Part shown: in pieces, positions 36,063-45,372 of the stretch
Layout of the letters: every line of letters begins with the position of its first letter
How positions within the stretch are numbered: the stretch's first letter is position 1
Assembly: GCA_038321865.1 (NCBI GenBank)
Contig: JBBQFH010000019.1
Span: 1-55,240, forward strand
Direction: 5' to 3'
Source: Gemmatimonadales bacterium
GTDB lineage: Bacteria > Gemmatimonadota > Gemmatimonadetes > Gemmatimonadales > GWC2-71-9
Length of the DNA: 55,240 nucleotides
The notes under the pieces: generated by a model
Database searches by the model: none
Seen by the model: only the letters and a program-made list of their open reading frames with translations
What the model was told of the DNA's origin: nothing
Translations under genes and position numbers: made by a program

Positions 36063-37455
36063 TGTAGGCAGGCACGTCGAACTTCCGTTCCGCCGCGCCG
36101 AGTGACATGTAGCGAACGACGCCGAACACCGGGCGGCGGAAGAAGGGCCGATCAAACTTGCCGAAGCACCACGCGAGGCCGGAATAGGTGCAGGGGTCGC
36201 GGCCGTCGAGCGCGTACTTGTTGTTCAGGTGCTCCAGGAAGCGCATCGCGGCCGCGGGAGTGCGGCACCAGCCGATCACCGACTTTCCCCACAGCATGCG
36301 AAGGTAGCCCGGCATCCAGCCATCCCGGGTGTATGCCGACTGGCACGCGTTCCAGAGCGGGCTCGCCGTCGCGGACGCCTCGAGCTCAGCGAGGGTGTAT
36401 GTCTCGGCCCGGCGGTCGTTCGTGTGGTTGGCCAGCTCCGTTCGTGCCCACGCGGGGAGGCCCTCGAGCGTACGGTGGGTGCGCGGAGCGAAATACGTGA
36501 AGTTGTAGGACAGCTCTCGCCAGGTGAGCGCCTCATCCAGAAACGCGTCCGCGCACGCGCGGGGTCCGGCCTCCTGCGTGGCCAGCAGGACCTCCTGGAT
36601 CGAAAGACATCCGAAGTGCAGATAGGGGCTGAGGCGGCTGGTGGCGCCGGCGGTGGGATCGTTGCGCTGCTCGTACCGGGGCAGACCGGTTTCCACGAAT
36701 GTCGCGAGCCGGCGCCGGCCTGCGGCGGTGCCCCCCGGCGTCTCGGGCACCGGACCGACGGCGTGGTCGATCGGCAGGGAGGTGATCAGGGCCGGGATGA
36801 TGCCCGGAGCAAATGACAGAGCGTCGAATGGCAGTGCCACCGGGCGACGATACCGCGGCTCGACGGGGTCGACCCGGTGGAGATAGTCGGGAAGTGCGCG
36901 CATGAGCACCGGGCGCATGTGCCGCGCGCTGCTGTAGGCGATCGTGTGATAGCGGAGCGGAAGCAGCGTGGCGCTGTCGATCGCGAGAACGGGCGCGGGC
37001 GATTCCCGGCGGAGCGCCCTGAGCTGGCGTGGCGCGACGAAGGCCGGGAAGAAATCGGTCACCACCAGCGCCGCCCGGCGCGTCAGCGCAGGCAGCGGGC
37101 TCCGGGCGAGCCAGGCGTCCGGCCCGTCGTCCGGTGCGCGGGCCGTGCGATCGACGTGGCAGACATACTGAATGCCACGCGCCTCGAACGCCTCGGCGAG
37201 TCCGGCGGCACTTTCGAGCAGGAAGGTGTGGAAGCGGTCGCTGGCCCAGGGATAGTCGTGGCGGAGATGCTGAAACACGAGCACCGGGAGGCCGAGCTCG
37301 TTGGCGCGGGTGACGGCGTAGTTGAGTGCCCAGTTGTCATGAGCGCGGCGCGTGGTCTGCAGCCAGTACAGCACGAATTCGCCGGGAACGGGGCGCGAGT
37401 CCGCCGGCGCATGGATTCGAAGATCATCGGTGCTGAATGCGGTCATCACCCGCAT
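35998..37455 (-). CDS. phr: Class II CPD photolyase
   Basis: VLYW...RAHDNWAL, SRLSPYLHFG, WRELSYNF, GYLRMLWGK, LNNKYALDGRDP, RYMS; start at 37455 or 37446. Confidence 0.9.
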   Translation of the reverse strand: MRVMTAFSTDDLRIHAPADSRPVPGEFVLYWLQTTRRAHDNWALNYAVTRANELGLPVLVFQHLRHDYPWASDRFHTFLLESAAGLAEAFEARGIQYVCHVDRTARAPDDGPDAWLARSPLPALTRRAALVVTDFFPAFVAPRQLRALRRESPAPVLAIDSATLLPLRYHTIAYSSARHMRPVLMRALPDYLHRVDPVEPRYRRPVALPFDALSFAPGIIPALITSLPIDHAVGPVPETPGGTAAGRRRLATFVETGLPRYEQRNDPTAGATSRLSPYLHFGCLSIQEVLLATQEAGPRACADAFLDEALTWRELSYNFTYFAPRTHRTLEGLPAWARTELANHTNDRRAETYTLAELEASATASPLWNACQSAYTRDGWMPGYLRMLWGKSVIGWCRTPAAAMRFLEHLNNKYALDGRDPCTYSGLAWCFGKFDRPFFRRPVFGVVRYMSLGAAERKFDVPAYIRTVSERSRSALSSAGSSPTS

Positions 37456-37562
37456 ACCCCTTTCCGGGCTGAGGGTGCCATTGCCGGCTGGCCCGGTGCG
37501 CGCCGACGCCGTAGCTTCCCGCAGATCTTTCACCGTGCGTTCACTTCAACACCGTATCCGAC

Positions 37563-38372
37563 ATGGCCGATCTGAAGCCGGTCCCGCCCGGCGCCGTTCC
37601 CTGCCTCACCGACGCCGATGCCTCGGTGGCCGATGCCCCGTCCAAGGGCGATCTCAACGACCGTCTGGCGAAGCAGCTGGGCCCCCGCCTCGCGGAGCTG
37701 CAATCGGCGCTCTACGCCGACGGGAGCCGCGGGCTTCTGGTCGTGCTCCAGGCGCGGGATGCCGGAGGCAAGGACGGTGTGGTCCGGCACGTCTTCGGCG
37801 AAGTGAACCCACAGGGGCTGGCGATCCGTTCCTTCGGCGTGCCCACTCCGCCCGAGTTGGCCCACGACTACCTCTGGCGCGCGCACGGCGCGATGGGCCC
37901 CCGGGGAACGATCACCGTCTTCAACCGGTCATATTACGAGGATGTGCTCGTCGTCCGGGTACATGGACTCGTGCCCGAAACGGTCTGGTCGCGGCGTTAT
38001 GCGCAGATCAACGCGTTCGAGCAGATGCTGGTCGAAAGCGGCTACGCCGTGCTCAAGTTTTTCCTGCACGTCTCGCGTGAGGAGCAGCGCAAGCGGCTCG
38101 AGGCGCGCCTGGACGATCCGGAAAAGAACTGGAAATTCCGGGTCGGCGACCTCGAGGAGCGGAAGCGGTGGGACGAATACACCGCCGCCTACGGCGACAT
38201 GCTCGCGCGCTGCAGCACCCCGGTGGCGCCGTGGTTCCTGGTCCCGGCCGACAGCAAGGCGTTGCGGGATGTGCTGATCGCCGAGACGATTGTGCGGACG
38301 CTGGAAGGGATGGGGCTGCGATACCCCCAGGCTGATCCGGCCGTCCTGGCATGGCGGGGAAAGATCGTCTGA
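37563..38372 (+). CDS. ppk2: Polyphosphate kinase 2, class III
   Basis: DAGGKDG, HDYLWR, FNRSYYEDVL (Glu at the class-diagnostic position), KNWKF. Confidence 0.93.
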   Translation: MADLKPVPPGAVPCLTDADASVADAPSKGDLNDRLAKQLGPRLAELQSALYADGSRGLLVVLQARDAGGKDGVVRHVFGEVNPQGLAIRSFGVPTPPELAHDYLWRAHGAMGPRGTITVFNRSYYEDVLVVRVHGLVPETVWSRRYAQINAFEQMLVESGYAVLKFFLHVSREEQRKRLEARLDDPEKNWKFRVGDLEERKRWDEYTAAYGDMLARCSTPVAPWFLVPADSKALRDVLIAETIVRTLEGMGLRYPQADPAVLAWRGKIV

Positions 38373-38473
38373 CGTAGCTTGTCCCCATTACGACCATCAC
38401 ATCGCGTCCGCGCCTTCCGCTCGCCCGGCCGCCCCGGCTGGTACGCGCCGGCGCGCCCACTTCGGAGATCTCC

Positions 38474-40039
38474 ATGTCCTGGCGATGCCGTTCGCTCGTC
38501 CTGGCGCTGGTGGCCGCGCTCGGCTCCATCTCCGCTCCTCGTCCGGCCGCCGCCCAGAACGCGACCGGCATCCGCGCCGGACAGACGGTGCAGGGAGAGC
38601 TGACCAGCGCCGATACGAAGCTCACCGACGGGTCCTACGCCGATTACTACACCTTCGACGGCCGCGCCGGCGAGCAGGTCCGGGTGACGATGCGTTCCCG
38701 CGGCTTCGATACCTATCTCGTCCTGGGCCGGCTCAGCGGCGGCCGCTTTTCGTCACTGCAGAGCGACGATGACGGCGGCGGCGGCACCGATTCCCAGGTG
38801 ACCTACACCCTTCCCGACGACGGGACGTTCGCCATTCGGGCCAACACCCTGGCCCCCGCCAAGACCGGCAGCTATACGCTGGGACTCGAATCACTCGGCC
38901 TGGCCGCCGGATCCGGCGGCGGGAACGGTAACACCGCCATGAGCGGCGGTCAGACCATTCAGGGCGAGCTCACCACCGACGACACGAAGCTCGACGACGG
39001 GTCGTACGCCGACTACTACACCTATCAGGGTCATGCGGGCGAGCAGATCCGGGCCACGATGCGGTCGCGGGTGTTCGACACGTATCTCGTGATCGGGCGG
39101 CTGGACGGCAAGCGTTTCTCGGCGCTGCAGAGCAACGACGACGGCGGCGGCGGCACCGACTCCCAGATCACCTATACCCTGCCGGGCGACGGCACCTACG
39201 CCTTCCGGGCCAACACGCTGTCCGCCGGCAAGACCGGCAGCTACACGCTGACCATCGAGCCGGTGAGCAGCGCACCCGCCGGCACCGGCGCGCGCGCCAA
39301 TACGGCGACCACCGTGTCCGATGCCGCGCCGATTCTTGCCGGCCAGACGATCCAGGGCGAGCTCAGCAGCACCGACGTGCGGCTGGACGACAATTCATAC
39401 GCCGACTACTTCGCCTTTGACGGTCGCGCCGGCCAACGTGTGCGCGTGACGCTCCGCTCCCGTGCCTTCGACTCCTACCTCGTCTTCGGCCGGCTCGTCG
39501 GCACCCGCTTCTCGTCGCTGCAGAGCAACGACGACGGCGGGGGCGGGAACGACTCCCAGATCACGTACACGCTGCCGGATGACGGCACCTACGCCATCCG
39601 CGTGAACACCCTGGCCGCGCGCCAGACCGGTGCCTACACCGTAGGGCTCGAGCTCCTCGGCGCCGGCTCGTCCGCGAACGACGCCCCCGGCTCCAGCGTT
39701 TCGGGCACGTCGATCAGCCGGGGACAGGTGCTTCGCGGGGCGCTGGACGGTTCCGACTTCACCCTGAGCGACGGCTCCTATGCCGAGGACTTCGTCTACC
39801 ACGGCCGGAGCGGCGAGCGGATCACGGTCACGCTTCGCTCCTCGGCATTCGATGCCTACCTCAAGTTCGGCCAGATGAACGGGCAGAGCTTTCACGAGCT
39901 CGCGGCGGACGACGACAGCGCCGGCGGCACCGACTCGCAGTTGTCGTTCACGCTGCCGTCCACCGGCGACTACGTGATCCGCGCCAACACGCTGTTCAAG
40001 GACAAGACCGGCAGCTTCACCGTGAGCGTGGAGCCCTGA
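38474..40039 (+). CDS. Secreted protein of four tandem PPC-like (pre-peptidase C-terminal) domains
   Basis: Signal peptide; four repeats of about 107 aa: G.L...D..L.DGSYAD.Y...FD.YL...DD.GGG.DSQ. Confidence 0.88.
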   Translation: MSWRCRSLVLALVAALGSISAPRPAAAQNATGIRAGQTVQGELTSADTKLTDGSYADYYTFDGRAGEQVRVTMRSRGFDTYLVLGRLSGGRFSSLQSDDDGGGGTDSQVTYTLPDDGTFAIRANTLAPAKTGSYTLGLESLGLAAGSGGGNGNTAMSGGQTIQGELTTDDTKLDDGSYADYYTYQGHAGEQIRATMRSRVFDTYLVIGRLDGKRFSALQSNDDGGGGTDSQITYTLPGDGTYAFRANTLSAGKTGSYTLTIEPVSSAPAGTGARANTATTVSDAAPILAGQTIQGELSSTDVRLDDNSYADYFAFDGRAGQRVRVTLRSRAFDSYLVFGRLVGTRFSSLQSNDDGGGGNDSQITYTLPDDGTYAIRVNTLAARQTGAYTVGLELLGAGSSANDAPGSSVSGTSISRGQVLRGALDGSDFTLSDGSYAEDFVYHGRSGERITVTLRSSAFDAYLKFGQMNGQSFHELAADDDSAGGTDSQLSFTLPSTGDYVIRANTLFKDKTGSFTVSVEP

Positions 40040-41252
40040 CCGCAGCAGTGCGTCCGGGGGCGAGCGCCCATGCCAGGAATCGCTCGATGTGATAGAGTGC
40101 GAGCTGCCCGCTCGGCCCGTTCGGCACGTAGTCGAACCCATGTTCAGCCCAGGGGATTTGAAGCAGTGCGGCGCGAGTGCCGCTCTGTCGGAGCCGGTTG
40201 CGCAACAGGACTCCGAAGGCAGGCAGCACGACGTGATCGCGGCCGGCCACGATCAGCAGAACGGGCGGGAGCGGGCGTGTGACGTAGGTGATCGGGGAGG
40301 CGCTGCGGTATGCCTCCGGCTGCTCGCCCGGCGTGCCCCCGAGGAAGGCCTCCTCGATGCGGCGCACCTCAAGCGGGTCGGGATCGGGCGGAGAGCGCCA
40401 TCCCTCGGTGAGGTCGACCGGCCCGTACAGACTTACGACCGCGCGGACCGGCGCGGCCTCCCGCTCCCACGCGGCGATCATCGCCAGCTGCGCCCCGGAC
40501 GAACGGCCCACGAGCGCGATCCGGCTGGTATCGGCCCCGTAGTCCTTCGCGTGCAGGCGAATCCAACCGAGCGCGGTGCGGACGTCATCTCGCTGGGCCG
40601 GCCAACGCCACCGGGGCGCGTGCCGGTAGTCGATCGAGAAGACGACGTAACCCAGTCCAGCGAAATAGCGGGCGAAGGTGCTGTTGGCCGCCGGGCCGCC
40701 AGCTCGCCAGGCACCGCCGTAGATCTGGACGATGACCGGGTGCAGGCCGGGCCCAGGGAACTGACGGATCTCGAGGGTGAGCGGCGCTCCCGCGGGAGCC
40801 GCGAAGCGCACACCTGAAGTGAGTCGTGACGCGCCGGGCCGGAGTCCCAGTAGAAGGTCGACGGGCAGCAGCGGCGCGCTCCGCATCAGCGACGGCCGAA
40901 TGCGGGACATTTCGCCTGGGTAGTCCGGTCCGAATGCCTCGCTCGTGGTCCGGTCGAAGCGGCGCGCGACAGCAGCGAACTGCAGGAACGGAATAGCCGA
41001 GAGCCCAAGCGCCAGCGCAGCGCAGCCGCACGCCGCGCGTGCGAGGCTCGAGTGGCGCAGATCGGGCCGCGCCACGATCACCGCGACGACGGCCATCAGC
41101 ATGAGCCAGACACTGGATTCGGGAGCCCCGACCGCCAGAATCAGGAGCGCGTAGACCGGCGCGGGGAGCACGATCCACGCGGCGACAAACGCGGCCGATG
41201 CGGCGAGAACGAAGGCGAGTGCGGGCCGAATGCGCAGGGAGGGATTGGGCAT
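40017..41252 (-). CDS. Membrane-anchored alpha/beta hydrolase (HSL/BD-FAE-like esterase)
   Basis: N-terminal TMs; YGGAW, IDYR, GRSSG, D, AEHGFD. Confidence 0.88.
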   Translation of the reverse strand: MPNPSLRIRPALAFVLAASAAFVAAWIVLPAPVYALLILAVGAPESSVWLMLMAVVAVIVARPDLRHSSLARAACGCAALALGLSAIPFLQFAAVARRFDRTTSEAFGPDYPGEMSRIRPSLMRSAPLLPVDLLLGLRPGASRLTSGVRFAAPAGAPLTLEIRQFPGPGLHPVIVQIYGGAWRAGGPAANSTFARYFAGLGYVVFSIDYRHAPRWRWPAQRDDVRTALGWIRLHAKDYGADTSRIALVGRSSGAQLAMIAAWEREAAPVRAVVSLYGPVDLTEGWRSPPDPDPLEVRRIEEAFLGGTPGEQPEAYRSASPITYVTRPLPPVLLIVAGRDHVVLPAFGVLLRNRLRQSGTRAALLQIPWAEHGFDYVPNGPSGQLALYHIERFLAWALAPGRTAAVRAPRSR

Positions 41253-41348
41253 GTGGCAAGATTGATCGGCCCCGACGTCAGCGCCAGCGCGGGGGCGACA
41301 TTAACTTGATCCGGTCTGCCTCGTCGCCGCCTTCTCACCCGATCGATC

Positions 41349-43106
41349 ATGCACCTTCTCTGGTCATACCTGCGTCACTACCGATGGCTCGTCGTGCTGG
41401 CGCTCGTGCTGGCGACGATCAATCAGGTCTTTTCACTGCTCGATCCGCTCATCTTCCGGCACGTGATCGATCAGTACGCCACACGGTACAAGGAGTACAC
41501 GACCGCGCAGTTCTTCCGTGGCGTCAGCGTGCTGCTCGCGGCCACCGTCGGTGTCGCCTTCGTGTCCCGGGTCGCCAAGAATTTTCAGGACTACGTCGTC
41601 AACGTGATCGTGCAGCGGCTGGGCGCGCGGCTGTATGCCGACGGCATCCGGCACTCGCTCCAGCTGCCCTATTCGGTCTTCGAGGATCAGCGCAGCGGCG
41701 AGACGCTCGGAAAGCTGCAGAAGGCGCGCACCGACGTCGAGCGCTTCATCACGGCGGCTGTGAACATCATGTTCACCACCGTCGTCGGCATCGTGTTCGT
41801 CATCATCTACTCGTTCAACGTGCATTGGGCGGTGGCGCCGGCGTTTCTGATCACGATGCCGCTGCTCTTCTTCGTGAGCTCGACGCTCAGCAAAAAGGTC
41901 AAGGCGGTGCAGAAGGTCATCGTGGCGGAGACGACGGCGCTGGCCGGGGCCACGACCGAATCGCTCCGTAACATCGAGCTGGTCAAGAGTCTCGGCCTGG
42001 CTGACCAGGAGGTCGGCCGGCTCAACGCGACGACCGACAAGATCCTCCAGCTCGAGCTGAAGAAGGTCCGCTATCTCCGGAGCCTGAGTTTCATCCAGGG
42101 GACGGTGGTGAACTTCCTCCGGACCTCGATTCTGTTTTTCATGCTCTATCTGATCTTCGCGCAGCAGATTACCGTAGGACAGTTCTTTTCGCTCATGATC
42201 TATTCGTTCTTCATCTTCGGTCCGCTGCAGGAGATGGGCAACGTGATCAACATCTACCGCGAAACCGAGGCATCGCTCGCCAACTTTCAGGCGATCCTCG
42301 ACATGCCGCTCCTGCCCAAGCCGGACAGTCCGGCCACCATCGGGGCGCTCCACACCCTCGCGTTCGAGCACGTAAGCTTCACCCATCTCACTGCGTCGGC
42401 GCCGGCGCTCCGCGACGTCTCCTTCGAAGTCTCGCGCGGCCAGACCGCCGCCTTCGTGGGGCCGTCGGGGGCGGGAAAGTCCACGCTGGTGAAGCTGCTC
42501 GTCGGGCTTTACCGGCCGGGGATGGGCCGCATTCTCTACAACGGTCATCCGCACGATCAGGTGGATCTCGACGAGCTGCGGGAGGAGCTGGGGCTGGTGA
42601 CGCAGGACGCGCAGCTGTTCTCCGGCTCCATCCGGGAAAATCTGCTGTTCGTGCAGCCCGGGGCGACCGACGCAGAGTGTCTCGACGTGCTGCACAAGGC
42701 CGCCGCGGACACCCTGCTGGCGCGGGCTGATCGGGGGCTGGATACCGTCATCGGCGAGGGCGGCGTGAAGGTGTCCGGCGGCGAAAAGCAGCGTCTGGCG
42801 ATCGCCCGGGCGCTGCTCCGCCACCCGCACCTGCTGGTGTTCGACGAAGCGACGTCCGCCCTCGATTCGATCACCGAGGAGGAGGTCGCGCACACCGTGC
42901 GCCAGATCGCGGCGGGCCACGACGTCATTACGGTCCTCATCGCCCACCGGCTCTCCACGGTGATGCACGCCGATCGGATCCACGTGCTCGAGCGGGGCTC
43001 CATCGTGGAGTCCGGCCGGCACGTCGAGCTGCTGGCCCGCGGCGGGCTGTACGCCGCCATGTGGCGGCAGCAGGTTGGGGAAGGGGAGCGGCGCCGGATC
43101 GCCTGA
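41349..43106 (+). CDS. ABC exporter (fused TMD-NBD half transporter)
   Basis: About six TMs; GPSGAGKS, VSGGEKQR, LLVFDEATSALD, AHRLST. Confidence 0.95.
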   Translation: MHLLWSYLRHYRWLVVLALVLATINQVFSLLDPLIFRHVIDQYATRYKEYTTAQFFRGVSVLLAATVGVAFVSRVAKNFQDYVVNVIVQRLGARLYADGIRHSLQLPYSVFEDQRSGETLGKLQKARTDVERFITAAVNIMFTTVVGIVFVIIYSFNVHWAVAPAFLITMPLLFFVSSTLSKKVKAVQKVIVAETTALAGATTESLRNIELVKSLGLADQEVGRLNATTDKILQLELKKVRYLRSLSFIQGTVVNFLRTSILFFMLYLIFAQQITVGQFFSLMIYSFFIFGPLQEMGNVINIYRETEASLANFQAILDMPLLPKPDSPATIGALHTLAFEHVSFTHLTASAPALRDVSFEVSRGQTAAFVGPSGAGKSTLVKLLVGLYRPGMGRILYNGHPHDQVDLDELREELGLVTQDAQLFSGSIRENLLFVQPGATDAECLDVLHKAAADTLLARADRGLDTVIGEGGVKVSGGEKQRLAIARALLRHPHLLVFDEATSALDSITEEEVAHTVRQIAAGHDVITVLIAHRLSTVMHADRIHVLERGSIVESGRHVELLARGGLYAAMWRQQVGEGERRRIA

Positions 43107-43159
43107 GTTCGTCGCGGATTCGCAGTCGGGGTTCGATTCTTCAACGGCAGGAGCGGCAC

Positions 43160-43405
43160 ATGAAGCGTCCTCGTTCGGAGGTGTGGTTTCTCGCGATGAT
43201 CATCTGTTTCGTGATCTCGAGCATTGCAACGCTGCGGTCAGCCAGTCGCGGAGCTGACGCCTCCGAGCTCGCGCCCGCCCTGCTGGTGGCGCTCTGGGCA
43301 CCCTTTTTCGGGGTGATGGGCCTGCGGAGCTACCTGCTGACGATGATGGGGATCGAGCGTCACCAGCCGGCCCCCGACGACGCGCGCTGGAAGCCGCGCC
43401 TCTAG
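43160..43405 (+). CDS. Small two-TM hypothetical protein
   Basis: AGGAG RBS; two hydrophobic segments. Confidence 0.65.
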   Translation: MKRPRSEVWFLAMIICFVISSIATLRSASRGADASELAPALLVALWAPFFGVMGLRSYLLTMMGIERHQPAPDDARWKPRL

Positions 43406-43407
43406 GC

Positions 43408-43962
43408 ATGCGCGGCGTCCTGCTTGCGATCCTCACGCTGACGGGGCTTCCCGTCGCGGCCGCCGGACAGACGCCGGCCGACAGCGCCGCCGCCCCGGCC
43501 CGCTGCGTCCGCGGCCAGGCCGACGAGGACGCCACGCTGGTATCGGCGCAGGTCGCTGCCACGCCAACCCGGCTCAACGCGACGATCGACACCGTGCTGA
43601 GGGACCTGGGCTACCGGGTGAGCACGGCGGAAACGAGGCTCGACCAGTGGGTGACCCTGCCACGCTTTGCCTGGCCGGCGGGCACCGAGCATGAGAACTG
43701 GCATGGCGCGGACAACCCGGGTGTGCAGGTGATCGTGGATGTGGCGCCCGATTCGGGCGGCACCAGGCTCAGCGTTGCGGCGGCGGCGGTGTGCCTGGTC
43801 GGGACGCTGGTTGAGAGCCGGCGGCCCGGCAGCGTGGAGAGCATGATGGAGACGTTGAGCGCCGTGCAGGTGGCCAGCGAAGTGACCCGGCGCCTTCAGG
43901 CCCAGGCGAAGTTGACAGCCCCTCCGGGGGGAGCAAGCAAAACGGCCGGCTCACCGAAGTGA
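43408..43962 (+). CDS. Hypothetical exported protein
   Basis: Signal peptide ending AAA-G. Confidence 0.65.
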   Translation: MRGVLLAILTLTGLPVAAAGQTPADSAAAPARCVRGQADEDATLVSAQVAATPTRLNATIDTVLRDLGYRVSTAETRLDQWVTLPRFAWPAGTEHENWHGADNPGVQVIVDVAPDSGGTRLSVAAAAVCLVGTLVESRRPGSVESMMETLSAVQVASEVTRRLQAQAKLTAPPGGASKTAGSPK

Positions 43963-43970
43963 GCCGGCCG
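43939..43970 (-). terminator. Intrinsic terminator downstream of the cold-shock gene
   Basis: Minus strand CGGCCGGCTCAC-TTCG-GTGAGCCGGCCG-TTTT; perfect 12-bp stem with a cUUCGg loop. Confidence 0.88.
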
Positions 43971-43990
43971 CTTGTCATCGGTGCCGCGTG

Positions 43991-44200
43991 TCAGCTGATC
44001 TTGACGACGTTCTCGGCCGCCGGACCCTTGGCGCCCTGCACGATGTCGAACTCCACGCGCTCACCCTCGGCGAGGGACTTGAAGCCCTGGGCCTGGATCG
44101 CGGAGTGGTGCACGAAGCAGTCCTTCTGACCGCCCTCGGGGGTGATGAAACCAAAGCCCTTGGCGTCGTTGAACCACTTCACTGTGCCGTTCGTACGCAT
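43991..44200 (-). CDS. Cold-shock protein (CspA family)
   Basis: [41 protein letters not shown]. Confidence 0.97.
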   Translation of the reverse strand: MRTNGTVKWFNDAKGFGFITPEGGQKDCFVHHSAIQAQGFKSLAEGERVEFDIVQGAKGPAAENVVKIS

Positions 44201-44300
44201 TCCTAACTCCCTGTGATGTGTAATCGGGGTCCGGTCATGCCGTACGAACCGACTACGTGTTGTTCGTGAGCAATGCCTCACGATGCATCCTGAGACCAAC

Positions 44301-44329
44301 AAAAAGGGGCCGGCACGAAGGCCAGCCCC
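44301..44329 (-). terminator. Terminator-like hairpin inside the csp leader
   Basis: Minus strand GGGGCTGGC-CTTCGT-GCCGGCCCC-TTTTTGTT. Confidence 0.6.
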
Positions 44330-44379
44330 ATGGTCTCCTCAGAGCTCCCACGCCGACGGCGCGAGGGTCCCGAGCCATG

Positions 44380-44408
44380 AAGATAGCAACGACCCCCCAG
44401 AAACGCAA
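44380..44408 (-). promoter_or_regulatory. Putative sigma70 promoter for csp
   Basis: TTGCGT, N17, TATCTT with an extended -10 TG. Confidence 0.7.
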
Positions 44409-44511
44409 GCCAGCATCAACTGATCCCGCACCGGGCCGGCCGATCGTCTAGATTGCCCGGCGCCGCCGGCGATTCCGCGCCGGACGTGCCGACCCCGCAG
44501 GGAGCCAGCCG

Positions 44512-44808
44512 ATGATCCGGTATCACATAGAGCAGCGCCACATCATTCACCGTGGGCGGACCTTTCATTTCGTGTCCTACGACGGGCAGCCGGCGCATGC
44601 GGGCCGAGGCGAGCCGGCGACTATACCGACATGGTACCTGATGACCGAGGGCAAGCGCCGCGAAGTCATGCCGCACGACCCGGCGCAGCCGGCGGAGACC
44701 GTGGACGTGGCGCTGATGAGCTGGCTCGACCACAACGCCTTCGGCGCGCCGGAGGTGGCCCGCATCGCGCCGCGCAACAGCCGGCGGAGCCGCGGCGCGG
44801 GCGCCTGA
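44512..44808 (+). CDS. Hypothetical protein
   Basis: AGGGAG RBS; GRTFHFVSYDG...WYLM..GKR. Confidence 0.7.
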   Translation: MIRYHIEQRHIIHRGRTFHFVSYDGQPAHAGRGEPATIPTWYLMTEGKRREVMPHDPAQPAETVDVALMSWLDHNAFGAPEVARIAPRNSRRSRGAGA

Positions 44809-45326
44809 TCCGGACGACCATCTGGACCATCGGCCACTCCAACCGGACGATCGACGAGTTCCTCCGCCTGCTCCCGGAGTTCGGCATCGAGGCGATCGCC
44901 GACGTCCGCCGATTTCCCGGCTCGAGGCGGCAGCCGCAGTACGCCGGTGACGCGCTGCGGGACACGCTCGCCGGGCAGGGGATCGACTATCTCTGGCTGC
45001 CATCGCTCGGCGGGCGCCGCACGGCGGTCCCGGACTCGCCCAATACCATCTGGCGCAACGCTTCGTTCCGCGGCTATGCGGACCACCTGGCGACAGCCGA
45101 ATTCGCCGCCGGTCTCGTCGAGTTGGTCAACCTCGGCTGCGCGATGCGGACCGCCATGATGTGCGCCGAGGCCGTCTGGTGGCGGTGTCACCGCGCACTG
45201 ATCGCCGATGTGCTGTGCGCAAACGGTATCCAGGTCATCCATATTCTCGGCTCGGGCGCATCGGCGGTCCATCCGCTGACCGAACCGGCCCGCTTGATGG
45301 CGGGAGCGAATCGCCGCAAGTTGTAG
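44805..45326 (+). CDS. DUF488 family protein (start codon uncertain)
   Basis: IWTIGHSNR, DVRRFPGSR, LGGRR, FRGYADH, MCAE..WWRCHR. Confidence 0.88.
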   Translation: MIRTTIWTIGHSNRTIDEFLRLLPEFGIEAIADVRRFPGSRRQPQYAGDALRDTLAGQGIDYLWLPSLGGRRTAVPDSPNTIWRNASFRGYADHLATAEFAAGLVELVNLGCAMRTAMMCAEAVWWRCHRALIADVLCANGIQVIHILGSGASAVHPLTEPARLMAGANRRKL

Positions 45327-45372
45327 CTGCCACGCCGAAGCGCCCCCTCCCCTCCCCGCATGAGGTGACAGG

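Noticed and set aside
38570..40036. CRISPR array or mobile repeat
   Set aside because: The repeats are about 320-bp in-frame protein domains with synonymous variation and no repeat-spacer structure
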